Source: Clostridia bacterium (GTDB lineage: Bacteria; Bacillota; Clostridia; UBA1212; UBA1255). From it: a stretch of DNA of 50,479 bases. Where the stretch lies: positions 1-50,479 of the forward strand of contig JAGADO010000042.1 in assembly GCA_017613535.1 (NCBI GenBank). Direction: 5' to 3'. Under the pieces are notes generated by a model. It made no database searches, had not been told where the DNA came from, and saw nothing but the letters and a program-made list of their open reading frames with translations. Of the stretch, positions 1 through 9,117 are shown piece by piece; the first letter of the stretch is position 1, and each line of letters opens with the position of its first letter. The position numbers and the translations under genes were made by a program.

Positions 1-306
1 AGCGGCTGCGGCAGCGCCAGCGCCTGCGCCTGCGGGCGCTAAAACAGCTGATTGCGCTGATGGCGCAGCAGCCGAAGCGGAGCCGGCGCCGGGCGTCCCG
101 GAGGCGTCCGTGGTCAGCGCGGAGCGCACGATAGGAACTACGTTATCGCCTACAAAGTCAATACTTGAATGAAGCACCTCGGTGCCTATGCCGTCGTTGT
201 CCGTCGGAACGGTCCTTCTTATGATCGTTGACTTTGCAACGATCGTCGGGGGCGGATTTTTTCTCGGTCTTCCTCTGCCGCGTTTTTCTGGAGATTGTGC
301 ATCCAT
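1..306 (-). CDS. Partial (3'-truncated by window edge) hypothetical protein with N-terminal AT-hook-like motif and Ala/Gly/Pro-rich low-complexity region
   Basis: Not in ORF track. ATG at 306 preceded by GGAGG; frame stays open to position 1: MDAQSPEKRGRGRPRKNPPPTIVAKSTIIRRTVPTDNDGIG...AGAGAGAAAAA. Starts 37 nt after the hisS stop. Confidence 0.7.
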   Translation of the reverse strand, partial: MDAQSPEKRGRGRPRKNPPPTIVAKSTIIRRTVPTDNDGIGTEVLHSSIDFVGDNVVPIVRSALTTDASGTPGAGSASAAAPSAQSAVLAPAGAGAGAAAAA

Positions 307-343
307 ATCTGTATTATGCCTCCCGTAATACATGATGTGAGTA

Positions 344-1693
344 TCACACTTTTTTTATCGTACGGGCGAATTCGGAAGCGCTTTCGTATGAGCGCTGCTC
401 GCCGGTGCGCATATCTTTAACAGTTATTATCCCTGAATCTCTCTCGTCTTCACCTATGACCACGGCGTAAGGTATACCGAGTTTGTCCGCGTACCCGAAC
501 TTTTTACCGAGCTTGCCCTCACCCATATATGTCTCACAGGGTATTCCTTCCGATCTGATCTTTTCGGCCGCGTCAAGCGTATAATCGAGCGTGTCTCCCA
601 TCGGTATGAGCAGCACCTCGGATGGTGTGGATCTGCCGTCGATACTTATAATTCCTGCCGCGTTAAGCTGATAGAACAGTCTCGACAGTCCGATGGATAT
701 TCCGACGCCGGGGAGTTTCTTTTTGGTGTAATTAGATGCCAGATCGTCGTACCTGCCGCCTGAGCATATCGATCCCAGTTCGGGATAATCGTTCAGTTTG
801 GTTTCGTAGACCGTTCCGGTATAATAATCGAGTCCGCGCGCTATTTTAAGATCGACGCAGAACCTCTTTTCGGGCACACCGAACTTTTTGATGTATGCGC
901 ATACTGTTTTGAGTTCCGAAAGTCCCTCGTCAAACGCGGCCGAACATCCTGCAAGTCCCATTTCGTCAAGCTTTTTGAAAACAGTCTCCGGTGCGCCGCA
1001 CACGGACGTGAGGGCAATTATTTTCCCGGCCGCTTCAGCGCTCACTCCCTGTGACACGAGTTCTTCGAGGACCTTATCGCCGCCGATCTTATCAAGTTTA
1101 TCTACCGCTCTTAGCGCCTCTGTCGGATCGTCGATCCCGAGCGACGAGAAGAAGCCGCCAAGGAGTTTGCGGTTATTGATCATAACGGTGAAATCGCCGA
1201 TATCGAGCGCACCGAATGTCGAATTTATGACGCTGACGAGCTCTGCCTCATTCAGCAGGCTGAGCGTTTCGTTTCCGATTATATCTATGTCGCACTGGTA
1301 AAATTCTCTGAATCTGCCTTTCTGAGGCCTTTCTCCCCTGTACACTTTTCCTATATGGTACCTGCGGAACGGGAATACGAGGCTGTCATAATGCTGTGCG
1401 ACGTATCTGGCGAGCGGCACAGTGAGGTCGAAGCGCATAGCCATGTCCGTGTCGCCTTTTTCAAAACGGTATACCTGTTTTGCTGTATCTCCCCCGCTTT
1501 TGGCGAGAAGGACCTGGGATTTTTCGAGCACGGGAGTATCGAGCGGTATGAATCCGTAGCTTTCGAATGAATATCGGATCGTATCAAGCATATGCGTAAA
1601 TAGCATCTGCTCTTTCGGAAGAAATTCCTGAAATCCGGCAAGAATCGAAGGTTCTACAATATTTCTGCCTTTGCTGGTTAAATCGTCTGCCAT
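344..1693 (-). CDS. hisS: Histidine--tRNA ligase
   Basis: Class IIa aaRS motifs MRFDLTVPLARY, YRGERPQKGRFREFYQCD, ARGLDYYTG, SGGRYDDL and a C-terminal anticodon-binding domain. Start moved to ATG 1693 (MADDL), which follows GGAGG. Confidence 0.97.
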   Translation of the reverse strand: MADDLTSKGRNIVEPSILAGFQEFLPKEQMLFTHMLDTIRYSFESYGFIPLDTPVLEKSQVLLAKSGGDTAKQVYRFEKGDTDMAMRFDLTVPLARYVAQHYDSLVFPFRRYHIGKVYRGERPQKGRFREFYQCDIDIIGNETLSLLNEAELVSVINSTFGALDIGDFTVMINNRKLLGGFFSSLGIDDPTEALRAVDKLDKIGGDKVLEELVSQGVSAEAAGKIIALTSVCGAPETVFKKLDEMGLAGCSAAFDEGLSELKTVCAYIKKFGVPEKRFCVDLKIARGLDYYTGTVYETKLNDYPELGSICSGGRYDDLASNYTKKKLPGVGISIGLSRLFYQLNAAGIISIDGRSTPSEVLLIPMGDTLDYTLDAAEKIRSEGIPCETYMGEGKLGKKFGYADKLGIPYAVVIGEDERDSGIITVKDMRTGEQRSYESASEFARTIKKV

Positions 1694-1739
1694 TTTTTCC
1701 TCCGTATATGCAAAAGGTCGTTTCTCAAGCACAACGTTT

Positions 1740-1810
1740 ATATTACAACATATCGGCCGCCGTTGTCAATAAATATTGCATTGCCACGCGCACCTTTTCT
1801 GTTTTATAAT
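1740..1810. promoter_or_regulatory. Back-to-back sigmaA-type promoters for hisS (-) and the 1880 lipoprotein gene (+)
   Basis: Minus strand: TTGACA-N18-TAATAT (1769..1740). Plus strand: TTGCCA-N18-TATAAT (1781..1810). Confidence 0.5.
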
Positions 1811-1879
1811 ATCTGCGTTGATGGCCGTAAACTGACCCGCCCGGCCTGACCGGACCGAAGAAAAGGAGTTGTCAGAAAT

Positions 1880-3733
1880 ATGATCAAATGCGACGTAAAA
1901 AGAACGAGATCTGCCGTTATTCTCTGTATGATTGCCGCTTTGCTGCTTTTAACTGCAGCTGCGTGTGATTCCCGACCGGCGGGTGATCCTTCCGAAACGG
2001 CGACAGAGGTTCCCGAAGTTACTCCCACCCCGCTTCCGGAAGATATCAGCGAGCAGACTGATTATGTAACTCAGACATGGATCGCCACCGACATTTCGTT
2101 TGAGACCGATCACGAGTATGAAACGCGCGAGCAGCTTTACGTAGAATTCTTTGCCGATTTCACGAACCGGGCTACAGGCACTGTGCTGTCGATCCCGGGT
2201 TTCTGGAACGGCGACAGCACTTTCGTAATAAGATTTGCACCTACTGAATACGGTATCTGGGATTTCAGAACACGCTGCGAAGGCGACGCGAGCCTTGACG
2301 GCCGTACAGGTACTGTCGCGGCGAACCCGTACCGCGGGGACCTCGATATATACAAACACGGTTTTGTTAAAACGAACGGCACGAAACATTTCGTGTATGC
2401 GGACGGCACTCCGTTCTTTTATCTCGGTGACACGCACTGGAACATGTATTCCGAGGAGATAAACCGGGGCGGACCTCACGCCGGAGACACGGGAGCCGAA
2501 TCGCACTTCAAATATATTGTCGACAAACGCGTCGAGCAGGGCTTTACGGTGTACCAGTCGGAGCCTATCGGAACGAAGGCGGACCTGACCGACGGATCTC
2601 TTGCCAACGCTGACGTTCGCGCTTTTGTGCGCAACGATGAGTATTATCAGTACATTGCCGAGAAAGGGCTCGTTCACGCCAACGCCGAGTTCTGCTTTGT
2701 CACGGATCTTACCGGCAAAGCTTTTAACAACGACGCATATCTCGAGGCGATCTCGCGCTACTGGGTGGCAAGGTACGGAGCTTACCCGGTCATGTGGACG
2801 CTTGCCCAGGAGTGCGATAACGACTACTATTACGAGGACAAACTTCAGAAATTGTATGATTACACGGAGAATCCGTGGGTGAAGATCGCTGAATATATTC
2901 ACAAATATGACGCGTACGGTCACCCGCTTTCAGGTCACCAGGAAAATACGGGCCATACGACCGTGACGGGTGCCGGTACGGGAGATAAAGTCAGCGGAAA
3001 CGGGCAGTCTGCGTTCCTTTCCGATGAAGTTACGCTCAGGACCGGTCACGACTGGTGGGCGGCTCAGTGGAGCCCGAAATTAACCGGACTGCCCGATAAG
3101 GATCTGGTCAAAGATTACTGGAACAGTTCTAAAGTTGCGGTGAATTATGAAGGTCGTTACTGCAATCTGTGGACAAAGGATTTCGGAGCGCGTGCCCAGT
3201 CGTGGATAGCGATGCTTTCCGGTTTCTCGGGTGTCGGTTACGGTGCTGCCGATATCTGGCTGTACCAGAGTTCGTACGACGTCAATACCACTTCGAAAGA
3301 CGGTATTGATATCATTACTCCCGAGGACAAGGCTGTCTGGTGGAGCAAGGCTGTCGAGTTCGAGTCTGCGTACCAGCAGGGCTACATGCGCCGTTTCTTT
3401 GAGCAGTTTAACTGGTGGGATCTCACGCCTGATTTCGGAGACGAAGTTTACTTCGTGCCTAAGAGCGAATCAACGCTGAGCGTTACCGCGGCGATCGGCA
3501 GCGAGCTTCGCGTCACTTACTTCTACTCCCTTAACACGGAGACAGGTACGGTCACAGGTCTTGACGGAAATTCCGTTTACGAGGCGAAATGGTTCAATCC
3601 GCGTACGAATGAGTACGTCGATCTGGGCACATTCAAAACTGACGAAAATGCAGGTACCGGAGCGGCTTCGTGGGATGCTCCCGAACGTACGGAAGAACTC
3701 GATTTCGTGCTTGTCGTAAAAAAGGCAGGCTGA
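1880..3733 (+). CDS. Lipoprotein, DUF5060/DUF4038-like (apiosidase/GH140-like fold) putative glycoside hydrolase with C-terminal beta domain
   Basis: Lipobox-like LLTAAAC; PGFWNGDSTFVIRFAPTEYGIW (DUF5060-like); YADGTPFFYLGDTHW, RYWVARYGAYPVMWTLAQE, VNYEGRY; C-terminal AKWFNPRT...DFVLVV. Confidence 0.75.
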   Translation: MIKCDVKRTRSAVILCMIAALLLLTAAACDSRPAGDPSETATEVPEVTPTPLPEDISEQTDYVTQTWIATDISFETDHEYETREQLYVEFFADFTNRATGTVLSIPGFWNGDSTFVIRFAPTEYGIWDFRTRCEGDASLDGRTGTVAANPYRGDLDIYKHGFVKTNGTKHFVYADGTPFFYLGDTHWNMYSEEINRGGPHAGDTGAESHFKYIVDKRVEQGFTVYQSEPIGTKADLTDGSLANADVRAFVRNDEYYQYIAEKGLVHANAEFCFVTDLTGKAFNNDAYLEAISRYWVARYGAYPVMWTLAQECDNDYYYEDKLQKLYDYTENPWVKIAEYIHKYDAYGHPLSGHQENTGHTTVTGAGTGDKVSGNGQSAFLSDEVTLRTGHDWWAAQWSPKLTGLPDKDLVKDYWNSSKVAVNYEGRYCNLWTKDFGARAQSWIAMLSGFSGVGYGAADIWLYQSSYDVNTTSKDGIDIITPEDKAVWWSKAVEFESAYQQGYMRRFFEQFNWWDLTPDFGDEVYFVPKSESTLSVTAAIGSELRVTYFYSLNTETGTVTGLDGNSVYEAKWFNPRTNEYVDLGTFKTDENAGTGAASWDAPERTEELDFVLVVKKAG

Positions 3734-3765
3734 CGGATCAAAATAAATCGAGATAATAGCTAAAC

Positions 3766-3796
3766 GAACCCGCCGGAGAGTCTCTCCGGCGGGTTC
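3766..3796. terminator. Strong hairpin between convergent genes, probable intrinsic terminator
   Basis: Perfect 15-bp inverted repeat GAACCCGCCGGAGAG-T-CTCTCCGGCGGGTTC. Confidence 0.75.
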
Positions 3797-3805
3797 TGTT
3801 CAGCT

Positions 3806-3885
3806 GGGATCGGGTACACAGCTGAAGCTATGTACCGCGATGGAAGTAAGGGATCGGGTACACAGCTGAAGCTCTGTACCGCGAT
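3806..3885. repeat. Two 36-bp direct repeats, each an imperfect hairpin (REP-like), separated by 8 bp
   Basis: GGGATCGGGTACACAGCTGAAGCT(A/C)TGTACCGCGAT at 3806-3841 and 3850-3885, one mismatch. Confidence 0.9.
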
Positions 3886-3896
3886 AGTTTTTTATT

Positions 3897-4859
3897 TTAG
3901 CTTTTCTTTTTCTTGGAAACGGCTACTGCGATGATGATGGCGGCGAGGATAGCGACGCCTGCTATTATTCCGATGATAAGGCCGGTATTGCCGGATTTCT
4001 TGTTATCGGTTTCTTTCTCGACGGGCTTATCGGTCGCGGGTTCAGGCTTATCGGTCGCAGCCTCGGGAGCCTTTGTCGCAGCGGGCTCTGTTACGACGGC
4101 TTCTTCCGTAGGGGCTTCGGTAGCAGCATTGGGATCTTCCGTAGGCGCTTCGGTAGGCTCGGGAGTCTTCCTGGCTTCATTGTCGTCATATATAGCAGGA
4201 TTGCGGAACTGAAGCGCAGTAAGCCCGACGCCGTAGTTGATCATATCGAAGCACCAGATCCATTCTCCGAACAGCTCGTCGTCAAGTGACGATGCCGGAA
4301 TGTACACAGGATCAGACTCGAACAGCGTCCATTCGTTAGCTGTGATCGTGATACTTTTCGGCTCGAATTTAGCCATATTGTTTCCGCCTGCGTCGAGGTT
4401 GAATATTCCGTCTCCGTCAGAAGCGATGTCATAAAGCTCAGCCCATGTTGACCCGGAGCCTTTCCAGTTATCGGCATCTGCGGCGCTGTACTGGAAACTT
4501 CCGGAATTGGGGTTGATGGCGCGAAGCAGCGAATCGCACGTGGACACTGCAGATTCATCATTGAAAACTCCGCGGATCTCAACAGAGAAAACGACCTCAA
4601 CATAATCTTTTCCCTCTGCTATTTTTTTGATGTCCTTGTATACGTAGATATAAGGTGAAAACCAGGATTCTCTCGCGACCGGAGTATAGGTCATTATCTT
4701 TACTCCGTCCTCTTCCGTCTCGGTAAGATCTCCGGCAAAGAAGGCCGCCTGCCAGGTACCCGTAAGATAATTCGTCTGTTCGTTGTCTGCGTACGCAGGG
4801 CAAACCAGAGCGAGCAGAAGAGCGGCGGAAATAATAACAGCAACTACTTTCTTTTTCAT
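3897..4859 (-). CDS. Secreted/surface hypothetical protein with Pro/Thr/Glu-rich stalk and C-terminal TM anchor
   Basis: Start moved to ATG 4859 (MKKKVV) after AGGAGG; signal peptide ending AYA; PTEAP/ATDKP linker; C-terminal GLIIGIIAGVAILAAIIIAVAV followed by SKKKKS. Confidence 0.85.
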   Translation of the reverse strand: MKKKVVAVIISAALLLALVCPAYADNEQTNYLTGTWQAAFFAGDLTETEEDGVKIMTYTPVARESWFSPYIYVYKDIKKIAEGKDYVEVVFSVEIRGVFNDESAVSTCDSLLRAINPNSGSFQYSAADADNWKGSGSTWAELYDIASDGDGIFNLDAGGNNMAKFEPKSITITANEWTLFESDPVYIPASSLDDELFGEWIWCFDMINYGVGLTALQFRNPAIYDDNEARKTPEPTEAPTEDPNAATEAPTEEAVVTEPAATKAPEAATDKPEPATDKPVEKETDNKKSGNTGLIIGIIAGVAILAAIIIAVAVSKKKKS

Positions 4860-4952
4860 GTTTGTTCCTCCTGTAAAGATTTGACTGCCGTCAATACAGC
4901 GTATCGACGCATCGGCATCTGCAGCATCCAGCCGCCGGTAAAGTCTGAGTTT

Positions 4953-4980
4953 ATTATAAGAATCGCACCGCAATTGTCAA
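4953..4980 (-). promoter_or_regulatory. sigmaA promoter for the 4859 gene
   Basis: Consensus TTGACA-N16-TATAAT on the minus strand. Confidence 0.65.
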
Positions 4981-5089
4981 TTAAAATTTGTATTCCGGCG
5001 TCATATCTGCTAAAATATCCCCATCGATGTCTCGCGTGCGAAACGCAGACAGAGCACTGTTTTATTAATACCTGCCGGAGGAATTATCA

Positions 5090-6112
5090 ATGAGCGATAA
5101 TGCAGCAACCGCGCCTGAAAAAGATACGCGGATCACAGATCTGATCGAAAAAATGCTTGTCCCTGAAGAGACGTACGAGACCGTTATGAACGAGCGCGTC
5201 ATCCCCTATCTGAATGAAAGAAAGATAGAAAAACAGCTGGCGGTATCCGGCGGCAAAAATCTTCATCTTATCAGGTACGCTTGCACTTCGGACAATGTCT
5301 CGGGTTCGGTGCTAATCGTTCACGGTTTTACGGAGACAACGGAGAAATACAGAGAGTTTGCGTATTATCTGCTTAATTTGGGGTATGACGTAGTCGTATA
5401 CGATCAGAGAGGGCACGGCTTCTCTGACAGAGATGTTGACGAAATGCAGCTCACACACATAGACAAATTTGAAACGTATGTTGACGACCTCGATGCCGTG
5501 GTCGAGGCCGAGCTGAAAGATAGTACAAAGCCTCTCTTCCTGTTTGCCCACTCGATGGGAGGCGCGGTTGCAGGCCTGTATCTCGAGAAGCACCCTGACG
5601 GACCGTTTTGCAAAGCGATATTGTCCTCACCTATGATCGCACCTGACCGCGGAGGGTTCCCGCTGTGGGTCTCGAAAGCCATGACGGGCACATTCGTGGC
5701 GTTTGGCCAGAAGAAGAAAAGACTTTTCCTTTCAAAAGCGCCTGAGGGCAGAGAAAAAGCGGAGGAAGCGGCTAATAATTCCGTTCCGAGATTTGAGTTT
5801 TATCAGGACGTAAAACAGAGCCGCCCTGAGTATTCGAACAACGGTCCTACGTACGGCTGGACGCTAGAATCGCTCAAAGTTACAAAGAAACTGCTAAAGA
5901 AGGGCGAACCGGAAAAGATAAGCATACCTGTCATGCTGTACGTTGCCGACGGCGATACGACGGTCATTAAAGAGGACATCGAACAGTTCGCAGAGCGCGT
6001 TCAGAACGGCGAGCTAAAGCGCGCCGTGAATTGCCGTCACGAGATCTATTACGGCCCGAATTATGTGCTGACAGATTACCTGTATAATATAGCGGAATTT
6101 CTGCAAAAATGA
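5090..6112 (+). CDS. Alpha/beta hydrolase, lysophospholipase L2 / monoglyceride lipase-like
   Basis: VHGFTE, YDQRGHGFS, nucleophile elbow AHSMGG, C-terminal RHEIY. Confidence 0.9.
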   Translation: MSDNAATAPEKDTRITDLIEKMLVPEETYETVMNERVIPYLNERKIEKQLAVSGGKNLHLIRYACTSDNVSGSVLIVHGFTETTEKYREFAYYLLNLGYDVVVYDQRGHGFSDRDVDEMQLTHIDKFETYVDDLDAVVEAELKDSTKPLFLFAHSMGGAVAGLYLEKHPDGPFCKAILSSPMIAPDRGGFPLWVSKAMTGTFVAFGQKKKRLFLSKAPEGREKAEEAANNSVPRFEFYQDVKQSRPEYSNNGPTYGWTLESLKVTKKLLKKGEPEKISIPVMLYVADGDTTVIKEDIEQFAERVQNGELKRAVNCRHEIYYGPNYVLTDYLYNIAEFLQK

Positions 6113-6117
6113 CTGAT

Positions 6118-7023
6118 TCAGGAGACTAAATACGCCTCATCGACGAGTTCTTTTATATACTTCAGGGCTCGTTCGATATTCTTTTTTCTGCTCATACGGC
6201 ACACGCACAATATCATGCTGCGCTCCTGCCCTTCTATCTCGTCGTTCAGCCACATCATTGACGTGTCCGAGAAATATCGTGCGCCCGCTTCGGTAAACTC
6301 GATACCGTAAATTCCCTCGGGGATCTTTTCCCCTTTGTACCTGTAATATTCAAGGTCCGCGAACGCAGGATCGTCAGAATTGCTCTCGATGAAATCGTCG
6401 AGTTGCATAAATACGTACTGGTCAAGATAAACGTCGAAATTATCTTTATCGATAAATATCATATCTATAGATCCGGCCGTGAACTGCGCCCTGAACGCGA
6501 CCGCTCCGTTTGCGGTCTCGCTGTCGTTTTCGGACGAATTAACCGTTACCGAGAAGAACGATACGCGCGGAGAATCGAACTGATCGCTTTTTTCTGCCAG
6601 TTCCTTCTCTACTACGCCGGGATTTATCGCGTAATATGCGCCAACAAATTTGATATACATATCGTCTTTCGTCGCATCTTTAACTTGGAAGAAGATGATC
6701 AATCCAAGTACTCCGGTTATGAGCACGGCAAATATGATGAACTTGTAATGATCGAGTCTTGCGGAAAGTTTATAAAAGAAGTTCCTGAATTTAAAAGGCA
6801 GCGGCGAAGTGGGATTCGGGTCGGAAAAATCATGCACGGTACCTACAATATTATCGTACGCCTGCGTGATCTTTTTATAGTATTCCATATCCTCATCGGT
6901 CGCGCCGTATTCGTCGGTGCGGCTCTTATATGCGCGCAGCATCGCTCCGTACTTGCGTTCGACTGTCTCCCTGTCAGTTCCTTCTTCCAGTCCGAGAACC
7001 TTATAATCTTCAGCGCTTCCCAT
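6118..7023 (-). CDS. Membrane protein with N-terminal J-domain-like helices (no HPD), one TM segment and an extracellular solute-binding-like domain
   Basis: YKVLGLEEGTDRETVERKY...ITQAYDNI resembles DnaJ helices; TM FIIFAVLITGVLGLIIFF; AGSIDMIFID...FMQLDDFI resembles solute-binding proteins. Tandem ATG ATG, so the start is 7026 or 7023. Confidence 0.65.
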   Translation of the reverse strand: MGSAEDYKVLGLEEGTDRETVERKYGAMLRAYKSRTDEYGATDEDMEYYKKITQAYDNIVGTVHDFSDPNPTSPLPFKFRNFFYKLSARLDHYKFIIFAVLITGVLGLIIFFQVKDATKDDMYIKFVGAYYAINPGVVEKELAEKSDQFDSPRVSFFSVTVNSSENDSETANGAVAFRAQFTAGSIDMIFIDKDNFDVYLDQYVFMQLDDFIESNSDDPAFADLEYYRYKGEKIPEGIYGIEFTEAGARYFSDTSMMWLNDEIEGQERSMILCVCRMSRKKNIERALKYIKELVDEAYLVS

Positions 7024-7259
7024 CAATCAGTTTCTCCAGTTTCAAAAAATACGAAATTTTCAGGCTCTTCCATATCGAACAGATCATCTCTGTATGCGGC
7101 CGAATTTACAGCTTCATTATTCGAATCGATCTCCTCATCGTACCCTCTCAGCGCGGCGAAAGGTGCAAACTGAGCGGCACGTTCAACCATCGTCATATGC
7201 TTTCTCGAAGCAGACACATGGTGCGGCATATCGATGATATCGTCATATTTTCCGCTCAT
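7023..7259 (-). CDS. Short YolD-like accessory protein of the Firmicutes Y-family polymerase cassette (N-terminal motif only)
   Basis: KYDDIIDMPHHVS..RKHMTMVERAAQFAPFAALRGY is the typical N-terminus of the small gene downstream of umuC-like genes; 4-nt overlap with the polymerase gene. Confidence 0.75.
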   Translation of the reverse strand: MSGKYDDIIDMPHHVSASRKHMTMVERAAQFAPFAALRGYDEEIDSNNEAVNSAAYRDDLFDMEEPENFVFFETGETD

Positions 7260-8797
7260 TCCCTGTGCCCTCCGACCTGCGCGTTTCGCGAAACAGCAGT
7301 AGCTCCTTCTTCGAGATTCATCCCGCGCAGCACGGCATTCTTTCCGAATCTCTTTTTAAGTCCGATAACCGCTTTCTGCACGCTGCGCTCTTTAATGAGT
7401 CTCTCTTCCGCCTCACGCTCTTTGCGCTCGTCCTCGGCCTCGTCAGAAAAAATGCTCAGCTGCTTTACCGCATTCTTTTCGCGGTTCCTTTTCTCCGCCG
7501 CGCCTGCGGGAATGACGTGGTTCGCGACAACGTACATCCTTCTGACGGTCAGTTCCGGGTCGGCGATTCTGTCGAACAGTTCGTTAACTGCCGACAGTAT
7601 TTTCTTGGATGAGTCGTAAAAACCTCCGAGGTTCTGCGAGCCGTGCGCGCTTTTAGGCACCTTCCTCCCGTAACGGTCGATCTCCGTATCTGTACCTGCG
7701 TCAGCAGCATCGTTCCCGGTTCCGGATCTGTATATATTTTCCGTGTCGTACCCTACAGTGAGCACGATCTGGTCGGTCCTGACGCGCTTCTCGACAAGGT
7801 CGATGGCGAGCGAATCGGCCATTTCGCGGGCAACAAGTTTCGCTTTTTCGAAGCAGTACGGCGTTGACAATACCTGTCCGACGCTCAGGCTCCTGTTTTC
7901 CGGCACGCATTCGTGAATATCTGCTATGGTGCACGGCTCCCAGCCCCACGCGTGATCGATCAGCAGTTCTGCCGCGACGCCGAACATATTATACAGCTTG
8001 TTTTCATTGTACACCGACATCCTGGCGACGTCTCCCATCGTATGCATTCCGGCCTTTTCTAGCCTTCCCGCATACCCCCTGCCGATCCTCCAGAAATCGG
8101 TGATAGGCGTATGGCTCCAGTATTTCTCCCTGTATGTGCGCTCGTCAAGGCTCGCGATCCTGACGCCGTTTTCGTCCGCTTCCATATGCTTGGCCTCTAT
8201 GTCCATCGCTATCTTCGCGAGATACAGATTCGTTCCGATCCCTGCGGTGGCGGCAATTCCTGTCTCGGCCTGTTCTTCGCGCACGAGCATGCGCGCAAAT
8301 TCATCCGCCCTCAGATGGTACAATTCCAGGTACGGCGTGGCGTCAATAAATACTTCGTCTACCGAGTATACGTGCATATCTTCCGGCGCGACGAATCTGA
8401 GGTAGATCCCGTATATTCTCGAGCTTACCTCCATATATCTTCTCATCCTCGGCCGCGCGACAGTAAAACCGAGCTCGAGCGTTTCATCCGATCTCAGCAT
8501 GCGGTCATCCGTAGCCACCCCGGTAAATGCCGCACTTTCACCGAACTTTTTCCGGAGCGCGGCAAGCCTTATCGCATTGATCTCCTTAACCTTTGCTTTG
8601 ACCTCGAACAGCCTCGGGCGTCCCGGAATACCGTGGCTCTTAAGCGCCGGAGAAACGGCAAGGCAGATAGTCTTGTCCGTCCTCGTCTCGTCTGCGACGA
8701 CAAGATACGACGACAGAGAATCTATGCCCCGGTCGACACACTCGACCGAAGCATAGAAAGACTTAAGATCTATTGCCACATATACTTTTCCGGACAT
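7256..8797 (-). CDS. Y-family error-prone DNA polymerase (ImpB/MucB/SamB, UmuC/UvrX-like)
   Basis: YVAIDLKSFYASVEC, ARPRMRRY, catalytic YSVDEVFID, GIGTNLYLAKIAMD, clamp-binding-like QLSIF, C-terminal RFGKNAVLRG...RNAQVGGH. Confidence 0.93.
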   Translation of the reverse strand: MSGKVYVAIDLKSFYASVECVDRGIDSLSSYLVVADETRTDKTICLAVSPALKSHGIPGRPRLFEVKAKVKEINAIRLAALRKKFGESAAFTGVATDDRMLRSDETLELGFTVARPRMRRYMEVSSRIYGIYLRFVAPEDMHVYSVDEVFIDATPYLELYHLRADEFARMLVREEQAETGIAATAGIGTNLYLAKIAMDIEAKHMEADENGVRIASLDERTYREKYWSHTPITDFWRIGRGYAGRLEKAGMHTMGDVARMSVYNENKLYNMFGVAAELLIDHAWGWEPCTIADIHECVPENRSLSVGQVLSTPYCFEKAKLVAREMADSLAIDLVEKRVRTDQIVLTVGYDTENIYRSGTGNDAADAGTDTEIDRYGRKVPKSAHGSQNLGGFYDSSKKILSAVNELFDRIADPELTVRRMYVVANHVIPAGAAEKRNREKNAVKQLSIFSDEAEDERKEREAEERLIKERSVQKAVIGLKKRFGKNAVLRGMNLEEGATAVSRNAQVGGHRE

Positions 8798-8809
8798 ATC
8801 TTCATCGGG

Positions 8810-9103
8810 TCATTTCTTATCTTTCATCCCGAAATCGCTGTTGGATTTTGAATACGGATTTACATTATTCTGCCTGATAAAAGGTCCGTCATGGTTCCTG
8901 TTTCCGAACGTGATGATGAGCGCGCTGATTAGAGCACTCAGGACCCAGATGCCGAGGCCTACGTAAAACAGCCAGAACGGATATCCTGCGGCGAAGTGTG
9001 CCACAAGAGCCGCGACGGTCGCCAGCGCCCACCCGGCGTGGTACAAAAGGCTTACGAGGAAGCAGACAATGAATCCTCCGAAGCCGCTGCCTTTTTCTTT
9101 CAT
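8810..9103 (-). CDS. Small hypothetical membrane protein (2-3 TM segments)
   Basis: AAGGAG RBS, hydrophobic stretches, tight 14- and 12-nt gaps to its neighbours. Confidence 0.75.
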   Translation of the reverse strand: MKEKGSGFGGFIVCFLVSLLYHAGWALATVAALVAHFAAGYPFWLFYVGLGIWVLSALISALIITFGNRNHDGPFIRQNNVNPYSKSNSDFGMKDKK

Positions 9104-9117
9104 CTAAAACACTCCTT

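Noticed and set aside
3806-3885. Mini CRISPR array (36-bp repeats)
   Set aside because: Only two copies and an 8-bp linker, far shorter than a spacer.
7023-8797. ICE or prophage carrying the umuC-like cassette
   Set aside because: No integrase, relaxase, phage genes or flanking att repeats seen.
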